Shown: positions 23,955 through 35,279, numbered from the whole stretch's first letter. The stretch: 62,372 nucleotides of DNA, filler included, from Hausera hauseri (GCA_046269625.1; 12 parts of 12 records of this genome joined end to end with filler, not necessarily neighbours in it); one strand, 5' to 3'. The notes: a model not told the origin generated them from the sequence alone. A program made the numbers and translations.

Positions 23955-24135
23955 GGTATTTATAGAAAATTGGTGAAATTTAAACAAAATTTTTTGGCAC
24001 AAACTGACCAATCAGATTATGTTTACCGCGAAAGTTAAACAAAGTGGGGTGGGAATAGTGAAACCCAATCTGTGCTAGAAATCCCTTTGTTCACAGCAAC
24101 AATTTAAACAAATTTTTTCGCGCCAAATTCAAATT
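23955..24135. promoter_or_regulatory. Promoter-like region: TATA (- strand), CCAAT, GTGGGAA motif, E2F site TTTCGCGCCAAA plus TTCAAA
   Basis: Motifs at ~23958, 24008, 24046..24067, 24116..24133. Confidence 0.5.
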
Positions 24136-24323
24136 TTTTATACCGCCCTGAATCCATACAATACGCCTAATTGTGTGTATCGCTTTCATAACTGTGCGTC
24201 TGCAATCTTTGCCCTATTAACCGTGTATGTGTGTATCATTTTTTTACCCAATGACTCACCTTCGAACCCCTGTTTTTCTTCCTTCTCTGGGAGGGGGTGT
24301 GACGCAAAGATGCCACATCTACC

Positions 24324-24466
24324 TACTTGCTACGACTTAGTCACAAGGATACTTGTTCGTCGACTTTACTCAACAGTTTCCCGATGACATGCGTGTACGA
24401 ACAGAGATTTTCAATAAGAAAGGTGCATGTGTCTATAAACAAATTCAAAAATCGACAACACGATAA
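24324..24466 (+). pseudogene. Packaging ATPase C-terminal fragment (copy 1)
   Basis: GYLFVDFTQQFPDDMRVRTEIF. Confidence 0.7.
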
Positions 24467-24512
24467 TGATAAAATGAAAAATTTCCGACAAACAATTGTT
24501 AAACCTAAACCT

Positions 24513-24718
24513 ACAATATCGTTGTGGGTCACGTTGACATGGGTAGTGGAAAGAGAAATTTACCAAAGTATCAAAAACGACTCATTGGCCTTGCCAACAC
24601 CCGTAGTAAACGACTTAAACGAGAGGTCATGTACCAGCAAGATGGCGGATTCTTTGGTGCAATTCTACCTTTTGTCACGTCATTAGTGGGTGGACTTATT
24701 GATTCTCCAGCAGCATAG
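24513..24718 (+). pseudogene. Polinton core/membrane-active protein with QxGGF amphipathic tail (copy 1, N-terminus deleted)
   Basis: KREVMYQQDGGFFGAILPFVTSLVGGL. Confidence 0.7.
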
Positions 24719-24829
24719 TATAAACAATGACGGTAAGTATGTGGCGATTCGGCGACATAGGTGCATGGTTTTCATCATTTTGTCCCAGTTTACCGAATCT
24801 TTCATTTTCGTTTCGTTCTAATTGTTGTA

Positions 24830-25500
24830 ATGCAAGCCAAACCGGCACCATCGACGACAACGATGGGCAAGGTGTGGTTCGACCCGCGTCATCCCGTCAG
24901 ATATACTGACGTCGACAAACTGGCAAAGACTATTAAACAGACTCGGCAACAGACCCAACGTTTGCTCAAGAAACAGTTAGCACAAAGTCTAAACAAACCG
25001 ATACTAAGGCGGTTTTCAACTCGTACATACCGTGCTTCCGGTGTAAATAACGTATGGCAAATGAATCTGATTGAAACGATTCCGTACGCCCGCATCAACG
25101 ATGGGTATCGGTACGTGCTAACATGCGTTGATGCGTTTAGTCTTTTTGCACGTACAATTGCCGTGAAATCTAAATTCGGTAAAGAGATTGCCGATGCTGT
25201 TCAGACACTGATACAACAACAGCAGCCGAAGCATTTACAAACGAATTTGGGTAGAGAATTCTACAACGCCCACGTTGCAGCGGTCTTGAAACGGTTTGGC
25301 GTGAACCACTACTCGGTGTTTTCCCAATAAAAAGCTGCACTCGTTGAACGATTTAATTTAACATTGCGCAATCGCCTAAACAAATTCTTCATGAAGCACG
25401 GCAACAAACGCTGGATAGATGTACTACCGGATATTATTCATGCATACAATCAGTCGACACATCGTGGCATCAATAGATTACTGCCGGTTGACGTAATCAG
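24830..25500 (+). pseudogene. Polinton retroviral-like integrase (copy 1, truncated)
   Basis: VWQMNL, YVLTCVDAFS, LQTNLGREFYN, ERFN.TL, WIDVLPDII. Confidence 0.9.
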
Positions 25501-25524
25501 GCGGACAGCATCGAACAAAAAATC

Positions 25525-25781
25525 TAAACGTACATTATTTCGTGCTGTTTAAAAATCCCCGTGATCAGACTATCATTGATTATTCTGCACAACAAAGTTT
25601 TCGTCACAACCGAGCCTACTTGATACATGCATATGATGATGATACGAACAAACCGCATGGATATATGTTTATTAACTTTACACTAGAGTGTCCCGATAAC
25701 ATGCGTGTATGAACAGACACTTTCAATCAGAAAAATGTACGTGTCTATAAACAAATTCAAAAATCGACGACACGATAGTGA
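25525..25781 (+). pseudogene. Packaging ATPase C-terminal fragment (copy 2)
   Basis: VLFKNPRD arginine finger, KPHGYMFINF..CPDNMR. Confidence 0.8.
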
Positions 25782-25785
25782 TAAA

Positions 25786-25947
25786 ATGAACAATTTTCGA
25801 AAAACAATTGTTAAGCGTAAACCTACCAAGCGGGTGTCCGGCGGCAAGAAACGTGTATCAAAACGATCCGCCGCTATAGTCAAGCTATTAATCAATTCTG
25901 TGCTTGGAACAATAACAATTAGACGCAAATTACCGTCACAGTGGTAA
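25786..25947 (+). CDS. Small K/R-rich putative virion core protein
   Basis: MNNFRKTIVKRKPTKRVSGGKKRVSKRS; VSGG resembles an adenain site. Confidence 0.45.
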   Translation: MNNFRKTIVKRKPTKRVSGGKKRVSKRSAAIVKLLINSVLGTITIRRKLPSQW

Positions 25948-25988
25948 CGGTTATAAACAGCTACGTCTTAGCATCAATACGTCCAAAA

Positions 25989-26312
25989 ATGCGATTCAAA
26001 CGTAGTAAGCCGTACTTTATTTCTTTGCTCAAGGCACCTACGAAACATAACCGAAACATGCTACGATCATTTCCGCAATTTATCGTAAACGGTTTGATGG
26101 AAATTTTATACAATATCGTTTTGGGTCACGTTGACATTGGTCGTGGAATGCGGAATTTACTATAGTATCAAAAACGGCTCACTGGCCTTGCCAACGCTCG
26201 TAGTAAACGACTGAAGCGAGAGGTCATGTACCAGCAAAATTGCGGATTCCTTGGTGAAGTTCTATCGGTTGTCACGACATTACTGGATGGACTCACTGGT
26301 GGAACAGTTTAG
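25989..26312 (+). pseudogene. Polinton core/membrane-active protein (copy 2)
   Basis: LMEILYNIVLGHV...KREVMYQQNCGFLG...; one internal stop. Confidence 0.7.
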
Positions 26313-26423
26313 TATAAACAGTGACGGTAAGTATATGATGATTTAAAGACATGGGTGCATGGTTTTCATATTTCTGTCCCAGTTTACCGAATTTTTGATT
26401 AACGTTTCTTTCTAATTATAGCA

Positions 26424-27471
26424 ATGTAAATAAAAAAGACATCATCGACGACAACGACGGGCAACGTGTGGTTTGATCCGCATCGTCCCATCGGGTACAC
26501 TGGCGTCGACAAACTGGCAAAGACTGTCAAACAGATTCGGCAACAGACCTAACATTTGCTCAAGAAACAGTTAGCATACAGCCTAAACAAACCGATAAGA
26601 AGGCAATTTCCAACTTGTACATACCGTGCTTCACGTGTAAATAATGCATGTCAAATGGATCTCATGGAAATGATTCCGTACTAAAGCATCAGCGATGGGT
26701 ATCAGTACATGCCTTGATATGTTTAGTCGTTTTGCAATGTGCAAATGTCGTGAAATCTAAACCGGGTAAAGCGATTGCCGACGCTGTTTAGACACTGATA
26801 CAACAACAACAGCCGATGCATTTACAAACGGATTTGGGAAAGGAATTCTACAACGCTAACGTTTCAGTGGTCTTGAAACGGTTTGGCGTAAACCACTACT
26901 CCTTGTTTTCCCAATACAAGGCTGCATTCGTTGAACAATTTAATCGAACATTGCGCGGTCGCCTAAACAAATTCTTTACGAAGCAAAGCAAAAAGCACTG
27001 GGTAGATGTACTGCCGGATATTATTTATGCACTCAATCATTCGACACAACATGGAATCAACGGAATGCGTCCGGTTGACGCAATCGGTGATTTGGACATG
27101 TGGCTTTATGAAAACCGAACACAACGACAACAGATAATTAAATGCCCAAAATATAAAATCGGTGCTTACGTACGTATTTCAAAAATAAGTACGACGCCAT
27201 TCATTAAGAATTTCAATCAGAAATTGAGCGACGAGGTTTTCCGCAATTAACAGAAAACAAACGCCTATCATGTACGTTTTAGAGGACGAAAACGATGAGG
27301 AAATACGCGGTAAATTCTACGGACAGGAACTGCAGGTACAGCCCGAGAAACCCCATGTGTCGTATTCAGGAAATTCTACGTTCACGTGGCAAAGGTTCTA
27401 ATAAACAATACCTCGTCAAGTGGCACGGATACACTGCATCGAGATGGATTTTTGCACCACAGATTCAATGA
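26424..27471 (+). pseudogene. Polinton integrase with C-terminal chromodomain (copy 2)
   Basis: LQTDLGKEFYN, EQFNRTL, PKYKIGAYVRIS, GKFYGQEL, YLVKWHGY. Confidence 0.92.
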
Positions 27472-28522
27472 GTAGCAGCAATTACTTGGTACTTGATAGT
27501 AAGAGATCATTATCACAACATGACGACAATGACGATAATACCGCTAAACAGTTTACCATGCACTTGGACCAACCGGTCGATTTACGCCAGTGAGACTGGA
27601 AAGTGCCTTTGACGGAATTCACATTTACATTTTCACCAATGACAATACGTTAGAACAGTGGTATTTACTTTACCTGACAAGAAACGTACCCTATTTCAAG
27701 CCGTTTGCAGACAATCCGACACAATAACCGATATATTCTTCGCAATTATTCGCGACATTTCTCGGTTTATGCTTATTTTTCAAACTACCGTATGAAACTA
27801 ATGCATCGAAATCCCATTGAAATGCAGGTTAAATCTATAGCTGATGCTCAGGCATTGGGTTTTCAATCAGTTAATGTACACTCAAAACGTCTACAGCTAG
27901 GTGGACATGTTATAATTAGTGAAAAATTGGACTTTTCATCCAATGCGGAATCTGATATTATAGTAAAGTGGACTAAGTCAGAATCAGTCTTCCGCTCTTA
28001 TATTATACCACACGATTTACTAATGTAAATGGAACTGGAATTGTGAGTACGTCAAGAAAACGGCTACATTAGCCGTAAAGACATGTGAAATAAACGCATA
28101 TGGTCATATTTCGATTATACTACATGACAATGTTACATATTTTCCCTTTGATGAATTATTGGCTCGGAATCTGCGTTTTTCAAAACGCTAATTCTATCAA
28201 AACATTGTTGGACGATCTATTGTTGCCAAATACAAACCACCACTCTGGAGCATTTTATAGAATGAACATTTTAACGCACTTAACCGAATCCGTACTTGTT
28301 GGTGGAGAACGTAAACAACTACTGGCTTCTATCGAACTGGATTCTAACACGTACAAAATATCTGGTAAAACTGTTCGTATTAATATGTTCAGACTCATGT
28401 ACTTATCATTGCCTCACAATATTGTGCACAGTATTTCCGTGTATATGCTTGATGAATTTTGGAAAACCATTAAATTTCTGCTTGGAGCCAAGACACATTT
28501 GATGCTACATTTTCGTTGTTGA
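27468..28522 (+). pseudogene. Minor capsid protein (penton) 1
   Basis: YLVLDS..N...F...LDQP..WEV.LTE; C-terminal ESVLVGGERKQLL...THLMLHFR. Confidence 0.8.
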
Positions 28523-28570
28523 TAATAAACAAACTGCATCATCACTATCATCATCATCATCATCGAGATC

Positions 28571-29653
28571 ATGAGTATTTACATGGTGTTGCCGAGCAAC
28601 AGTTGTCCGACGACCCGTCCGAACAATTCAGCCAGTGAATACGTTGTAGATTGGAACAATCCTTTGGATTTATCTCGAAAATGGGAGGTTGCACTGACGG
28701 AATTTAACTTTCCCTACGCACCGATGACATTGACAAGTAGTATGAAAATAACGTACTAAAAGACTGTTACTGAAACCAAAACACATTCTTGTCCTCTGAC
28801 ACTTACTAACAATAAAGTAGCAGTTGGAGAATCGACCGTTTGCACGACCGAAGCAAATTACTGTTCACACGGCAAAATCGGTGTTTTTATTTTAGATCAA
28901 AACGTATATTTTATGGCAGATTTTGAATTAACTGTTACCTTTGAGTCCTCTGAGATGGCGCAGAAATTTGGATTCAAAAATACAGAGTACAAAGGTCAAC
29001 ATATTAAAAGTGAACATTTAGTTGGTCCAAGATTAAGTCCCGTATATTACCAGACAACTATGAAATATACCTATACAACCCAAAGGGTGTCAACGTCATA
29101 CGTATCGATTGGAGACAATGTCTATTGCGAATCTGTAGCACATCTCTGTCAACATTTTTCTTCAAATTAAAAGTACAAGGAGATATTTAAAGTTTTCGAG
29201 TCAGATGCATATGGGTACATTAAATTTGAACTGGCTAAGGATATTGTCGACATTTAATTGGACAAAGCTTTGGCCATGGTATTGAGTTTTGAAAAACAAC
29301 GGTTTGAGGCATCGAATAAGAAGACGGCGGAACATGCTGCAACACATAAACCCAAACTAAAAACTGGACAAAGTCAAATGTACATTTACGTGAACGTCAC
29401 CGAACCGATTTTGGTGGGTGGAGTAAGTGTACCGCTACTCCGTGCAATTTAACCGGAAAGCAGCAAGTATACTGCTGGCGACAATGTCACAGTCAAGCTC
29501 GATAATCCAATGTACCTACCTGCGGCATCTACATCTATAAACAATGTTGAAGTAAATATCCGATGTGACACGGGCTAACTTATTTAATTTCCGTACAGTA
29601 CCACAACCAGTCTAACTCTTCATTTCCGTCGAATCCAACAACAAAATGATTGA
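28571..29653 (+). pseudogene. Minor capsid protein (penton) 2
   Basis: YMVLPSNS..PNNSASEY..WEVALTE; YIYVNVTEPILVGGVSVPLLR...TLHFRR. Confidence 0.85.
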
Positions 29654-29995
29654 TTCTGAAATCGTTTCCATTTACAGTAAACTCCAGCAAGGCCGTGAAC
29701 TGCCGTATTTCGTTGGTACACAATATGGCTCTGGATGGTTGCGTACATTGGCACGTTCAGCATTTCCGGTGTTGAAGCGTATCGGACCCATGGAAGAAAA
29801 ACAGTACTTGATGTACTACATGAAAACAAATCAATTTTACCATCATTGAAGGAACACTCCTTGACAAAAGTAAAAACCGCTGCACCGGGAGTCGTTGAAT
29901 CGGTCAGAAAGCAATTCGCTTGTATGAGAAAACGTGGTAGATCAGCTAGCTTTTCAACTATAAACAAAAGCCTTCGTCGTACGATTTTCGATTGA
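29646..29995 (+). pseudogene. Adintovirus core protein (QYGSG-type)
   Basis: QQGRELPYFVGTQYGSGWLRTLARSAFPVLK; basic C-terminus ending RRTIFD. Confidence 0.7.
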
Positions 29996-30002
29996 TAGAC
30001 AA

Positions 30003-30602
30003 ATGGCATCTGCAAAATCTGAATCGTGTATATTCGACAAAGCCGCACCACAGGTTTTTATTGACAATGCAGCATATGAAGACATCTATCCCGTTGATTC
30101 GGTTTCAACGGACGACAACATTGACATTCAATTTAGCATTATGGCATCGGACAATGAATACCTGGATTTGAATGATACGCTACTGTATGTAAAAGTCATT
30201 GCTAAAAATGATGCATCAACGGTTCTTGCTGCAACAGACACTGTCACACCGGCCAATTACATTTTCCTCACACTGTTCCAGGAGACTTCACTGACTCTAA
30301 ACAGCGTCAAAACTGAATGCAACACCAGTCTATACAGTATCGAAGCACTCATTGAAACGGCTCTGAATTACAGTACAGACACGAAAACTACTCATTGGAC
30401 AAGAACCTTAGGATACGATGCCACAGCGGCAAACCGTCAGGCACGGGTGGCAGAATCAAAAGCACTTACCATGTATGGACCGCTGTACTTTGATTTTTTC
30501 GACCAGCCGAAATACCTACTGCCCGGTGTTAAAGCCATGATTCGATTCAGACTCAGTGACAATGTCTTTTGTTTGAAAACCGCCGTTGCAAATATCAAAG
30601 AT
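30003..30602 (+). CDS. Major capsid protein (double jelly-roll), N-terminal half, cut by contig end
   Basis: KSESCIFD..PQV, YLDLNDTLLYVKV, DFFDQPKYLLPGV. Confidence 0.88.
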
Positions 30603-30702
30603 NNNNNNNNNNNNNNNNNNNNNNNNNNNNNNNNNNNNNNNNNNNNTTAATTAATTAANNNNNNNNNNNNNNNNNNNNNNNNNNNNNNNNNNNNNNNNNN
30701 NN
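30603..30702. other. Artificial contig linker
   Basis: N44-TTAATTAATTAA-N44. Confidence 0.98.
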
Positions 30703-32986
30703 CAGGATGATGTAACGAATGTACATTATAAAATGCTTGTTTATGTAAAGATGGAGCAAGAATTATTTTGTATTGTCCTCGTTTGGAAGTATCTAAGGCC
30801 ACGCCGTCGATTATCTGATGAGATTTGAACGCTTTGAGAATATCTTGCGATGGCTGATTTTCCTGGAGCTTTGTCTGAGTGAAGATTGGCGAAAAATTGA
30901 TCGAACCGACTGATCTGGATAGGAAATCGGAATCTAGATTGTCAACAACCTCAATATGTTTGATGGCAAAAGTTGAATGTGGACAAATATGAACTTTGCC
31001 GTTCTTGTCGAGTTGAAGGGTGTTTCATTGCCATTATATTAATCAACGGCTTGTGATCAGTCTGTACAACAAAATAGCGGGCTGTAAGTAAATGAGAAAA
31101 ATGTCTTAAAGCGAGGACTATTTCCAAAATTTCCCTATCGAAAGTTCAATATCTAGTTTCTAGTGGCGTTAATTTTCGGGAAAAGAATTCTACAGGTTGA
31201 TTTTCTCCTTTGTACAACTTGTGTAATACAGCACCTACTGCGATGTTTGATGCATCTGTAATTAAAATTAACTTGACGTCAGGTTTAGGAAATGCTAAAA
31301 TTTCGACAGTCTTTAGTTTTTCTTGTAGTCTATCGAATTTATTGACTAGCTGTGGTGACCATACGATTTTCCGGTGTTTTTTCCACCGCTTAAATGTGCA
31401 AAAGGTGCCTTGAGTTCCGAACAATATGGTATATATTTGTGGACGAAATGCCCGGTACCGAGAAAACTGCGAATTTCTGTTGTTGTCTTGGGTAGTTGGA
31501 CATTTTTAAGGGACTCGACTCGATCAGGCTGAGGTGAATGGCCGTTTGAAGAGATAATGTGTCCGAGGAAATTAACGCGCTTTTAAAAGAAGTTACATTT
31601 CGCGAAATTGATCTGCAGGTTGAACTGGTTAAGTCGTTTGAAAATGGATCGTATGTGTTCCTCGTGTTGTTTAACTGATGAAGAGGCAACCAAGATATCG
31701 TCAATATATGGATGCGCAAAGGTTAAATCTGAAAGTATTGAATCGATGTGTCGGTGAAAAGTCTGCGCGGCATTCTGGATTCCGAAAGGCATATACAAGT
31801 ACTCATAAAGACCGAAAGGTGTGGTAACTGCAGCTTTCTCGATATCTTCCGGTGCGACAGGAATTTGGTGGTAAGGTTTGGCTAAATCGATTGTCGAATA
31901 AACTGAAGTAGTATTAAGCCGATGTAATATGTCTTTGATTAATGGCAGTGGATATGCGTCCACTGTGATTAAAGTATTAAGTTGGCGGTAATCGCCGCAT
32001 GGTCGGAAGGATCCATCTGCAACGTGGAGAGGCGAAGACCATGGTGATTTAGATCTGCGGACGATACCTGATTTTTTGAGTTCCATAAATTCAGCTTCTA
32101 TTGCCTTTATGCGTCGCGGTGACAATGGACAGACCTTTTATCTAATTGGCCTTTGATGTCTTGTAATTATATGGTGGTAAATGCTGTTTACTGGAGTGAA
32201 ATCCCTATCTTTCTGAAGTATACGAGGACAAGAAGTATGGACGAATTGTTGTAAACTTGCGGGTAGTTGTTGGAATATTATAACTGACGATGAACCGAGG
32301 TTGCTAGCAATACTTGGTATATGGTGATTGGTTACTGATGAGGAATCAAGTGGAGTTTGGAGTAGGATGGTCGGGTCCGGAACCGTGTTTGTGTAGGTGT
32401 TATTGTTCAATGATTTTACGGAAAATACCATATTGTCGGTGTAGATATTGAGCTTTGATTGGCTGTCGACATTGTCCTTTGGAAGCTTACAATGTAAAAC
32501 GTGATATTTATTGAAATTAGAACGGGGTATTGACCGTTTTAAAATAGATTGCTTACTTACTGTTGACTGTGGTGTCGTTGGGATGTTGTCTATACCTGTG
32601 CTACAGTCTACAGGTGTATTCGCTTTCAGGCAGCGTCGGTTACAATCGACTAGCTAATTATAGTGCAAAAGGAAATCTGAGCCAAGTATTGCCGTCTGGA
32701 CGTTAACGACTGTAAACATCCAATGAAGTGAATAGGAAAAGTTTGGTAGAGTGAAAGCTAATTTGCAAGTTCCGGAAATACGGAGAAATTGATCAGATGC
32801 AGTGCATAAAGGTTTTATTTTAGGTGAAGAATGCTGAACAGGAAAAGAAAGTGGTAGTAGTGAGATCGCTGCGCCAGTATCTATGAGAAAATCTACGGAT
32901 TGAATATTATAATTAGAGATAGCAGCTTTTAGTGTGAAGATTGCAAATGAAGTGTGTCGGCAAAAGAAACTAGACAAGTTGCCTTT

Positions 32987-33028
32987 GCCAGGATCTGCCG
33001 ATAATACTGGCGGCGAAATCAGTTTTTT
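32987..33028 (-). promoter_or_regulatory. -1 frameshift heptamer AAAAAAC plus pseudoknot
   Basis: AAAAAAC TGA TTTC GCCG CCAG TATTAT CGGC AGATC CTGG; same spacing as 2619..2660. Confidence 0.8.
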
Positions 33029-34116
33029 GGATTGGTGAGTTAGAACGGTTACTGTTAGAGACATTGGGACGTCTATCAGTGGTATAGTTTTTGTTAGTTT
33101 TATAGATACAGCCGGAAATACAATTCAGAGCATTAGATCCGAATTTTGCATGATAGATGCAAATTATGTTATCTGAGGGTAGATTCGATGAATAATATCT
33201 ACACCGTAAACAGCATTTATTTGCTTTGTTGTTAAATTTGTTGTGGTAATAACATATGAATGACCGCGTTGGTGACGGTGTTCGATTTCTGGAAGGAGAA
33301 CGTGTTCGATGAGGGAGGGAGCATTCCGTCAATATAAAGAAAGGTCATTCAGCTTATCATTGATGGTGTTGATTGTGTGTTGGAGAGCCGCATTTTCGGC
33401 GCGTAATTGGTTCATTTGGTGTTCGATGGATGTATGTCGTTGATTGTCATCGGTCGTAATAGCGGCTAATATGATGGGTTGTGATTGGATTGTAAGACTT
33501 CGTGTGCTTTATCTGCCAATTCAGCCAGTTTACATAAGGCTGTAGAATTTTCAAAAACGGTAAGTAAAGCCCTAATTTGAATGGGTAAGGCATTAAGGAA
33601 ATATCATCGAAGTAGATCTGGTTTATGTTCCTTGGTGACGCCTAAAGTACGTAAGTGAACCAAAAAGGTGCGTAGGAAATCACTTGGTTTTTGTGTCCCC
33701 ATTGCGTTTTCGTCAAAGAACCGTTGAATTATAGAGTCAATTGTTGGTTCTGTTAGTTTTAATACAGCATCGAACAATTGGGTATAAGGGTCAGAGTGTT
33801 GAAATATGTTCAATAAGTTATGTATTGAGGCCTTTGTAGAGTTTGGTAGAAGATAGAGTAGATTATGGGCTTTGGATAACAAGTCTGTGATACCATTGGA
33901 CTGTAACCAGAGTTGATGGAAGTGGAGCCAGGTTTTGCTAGACTTCTCATTGTCTATAAAATATTCAGAGCAATGTGGTGAAGTACTGATAGGATTTTTG
34001 TGAGAAAAATTTGTATCGGTTGAAGTAGGTGAATGGCTTGATTTGGGATGGTAGAGAATGAACTTGGGTTTTGTGGTCACCTTATCAGTGGTGTCACTGG
34101 TTGGTTGAGAAATCAT

Positions 34117-34332
34117 ACCGCCGCGGATTCTAGAATTGATATGTATACATAGATAGTTATGTGAAGCCATGATGCGTTGGAGGTCGGTTAAAATAAAACC
34201 GTTATGAGTCAGATAAAAATCACTGAAGACAGAGGTATTATAAATGATACCGTATAGTTGTGATGTTTCGATACGTTGTCTGACATGTACAATTTGTATT
34301 AGATTATTATGAACATAAAGGTAGAAGGGGAA
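34117..34332 (-). CDS. 72-aa ubiquitin-like domain ending RIRGG, in frame with gag
   Basis: FPFYLYVHNNLIQIVHVRQRIETSQLYGIIYNTSVFSDFYLTHNGFILTDLQRIMASHNYLCIHINSRIRGG|MISQP. Confidence 0.75.
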
Positions 34333-34713
34333 TGATAATGATGTACTGTAAACCGGGTAGTGTGATATATCGATGTGGTCATTCGAAGGTAAGAGAGTTG
34401 CTGTTTCTTTTAAAAAATATGTCCGGCCTGTGGACTCACTATGGTTAATGGATCTATTGAGCTTATAATCGATGCGTACTGAAAAATATCGACAATAACT
34501 AGAAGGGGACGGATTCTGTCCATAATCAGAAGCTCTAGCAAGGTACTCCCTNNNNNNNNNNGGGCCGACTTTACAATAACTTGCGTTACTTCTACCTCTT
34601 CTCATTACAGATTCATCGAATTTCATATATGATTCGTTGTCGAATTTTGTAGGTTTGGCAAGACAAAGTACGGGTGATATACAATTAGCAATGCCGCGAC
34701 CTGACTGGGCTAT

Positions 34714-35235
34714 TTTATTAATTTCTACGTGGCCATCATTGAATTCACGCATTCCTACGAGAGTCAAACACCTCCGAACGTAAAAGTATAGTTTACCAAT
34801 TTTGTCCAATGAAGCTAATTTAAATTTCAATGTAGAATAAGTAACTTTGTCAACAATAGCAAGATATCTTGAAAAACGATGTCGTGGACAAAGAATAAAG
34901 TGAAACAACTGTTGAATAGAATACACGAAATTTATGATCTGAGGAATAAAAAAAAGAAGTGTTTTGCTGAAATGGCCTAGAATTGCAACGAAGGTAAAAG
35001 TGGTGTTGAAATAATTGCAAAATGTATCACCAACGAACGCCTTTGCTGGATATCGATTGTATTAAAAAAAACCGAGGCAACAGAAAACGTACGGAATCAT
35101 AAAAATCAAAGAGAAAAGATTATTCTGCCGAGACGGACCGGTAACAAATGCAATAAAATTGAAGCAAGAAATAGACCCTGCAATAACCGAAGTTTGGTCA
35201 ACTTCTATTCCATTAATACCTGCGTAAATATTGAT
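34714..35235 (-). pseudogene. DPAGT1: Intronless fragment of UDP-GlcNAc:dolichyl-phosphate GlcNAc-1-P transferase
   Basis: INIYAGINGIE..Q, NRYPAKAFVGDTFC, ILGHFSKTLL, FIPQIINFVYSIQQLFHFILCPRHR are DPAGT1/ALG7 signature motifs; one stop plus indels. Confidence 0.9.
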
Positions 35236-35279
35236 GGGAAGTAGTAGGAAGGGAGCGCATGACCCCACCCCCCCCCCAT

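Larger units (their letters stand above)
23917..30602 (+). mobile_element. Polinton/Maverick (adintovirus-like) segment, decayed, with internal tandem duplication
   Basis: ATPase, core proteins, integrase, two pentons and MCP in typical order. Confidence 0.92.
30703..34560 (-). mobile_element. Ty3/Gypsy LTR retrotransposon internal region (leader-UBL-gag-PR-RT-RH), decayed; sister of 967..5142
   Basis: DPYTQLFDAVLKL, MGTQKPSDFLR, two C-x2-H knuckles, FLIDTGA, SPWSSPLH..CGDYRQLN..YIDD, ITDASN. Confidence 0.95.

Noticed and set aside
30603-30650. ORF ends at 30650, 5198 and 17435
   Set aside because: These stops come from the artificial linkers
33604-34926. Genuine 440-aa DPAGT1-Gag fusion protein
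   Set aside because: Frame continuity depends on an arbitrary 10-N gap and the DPAGT1 part is pseudogenised
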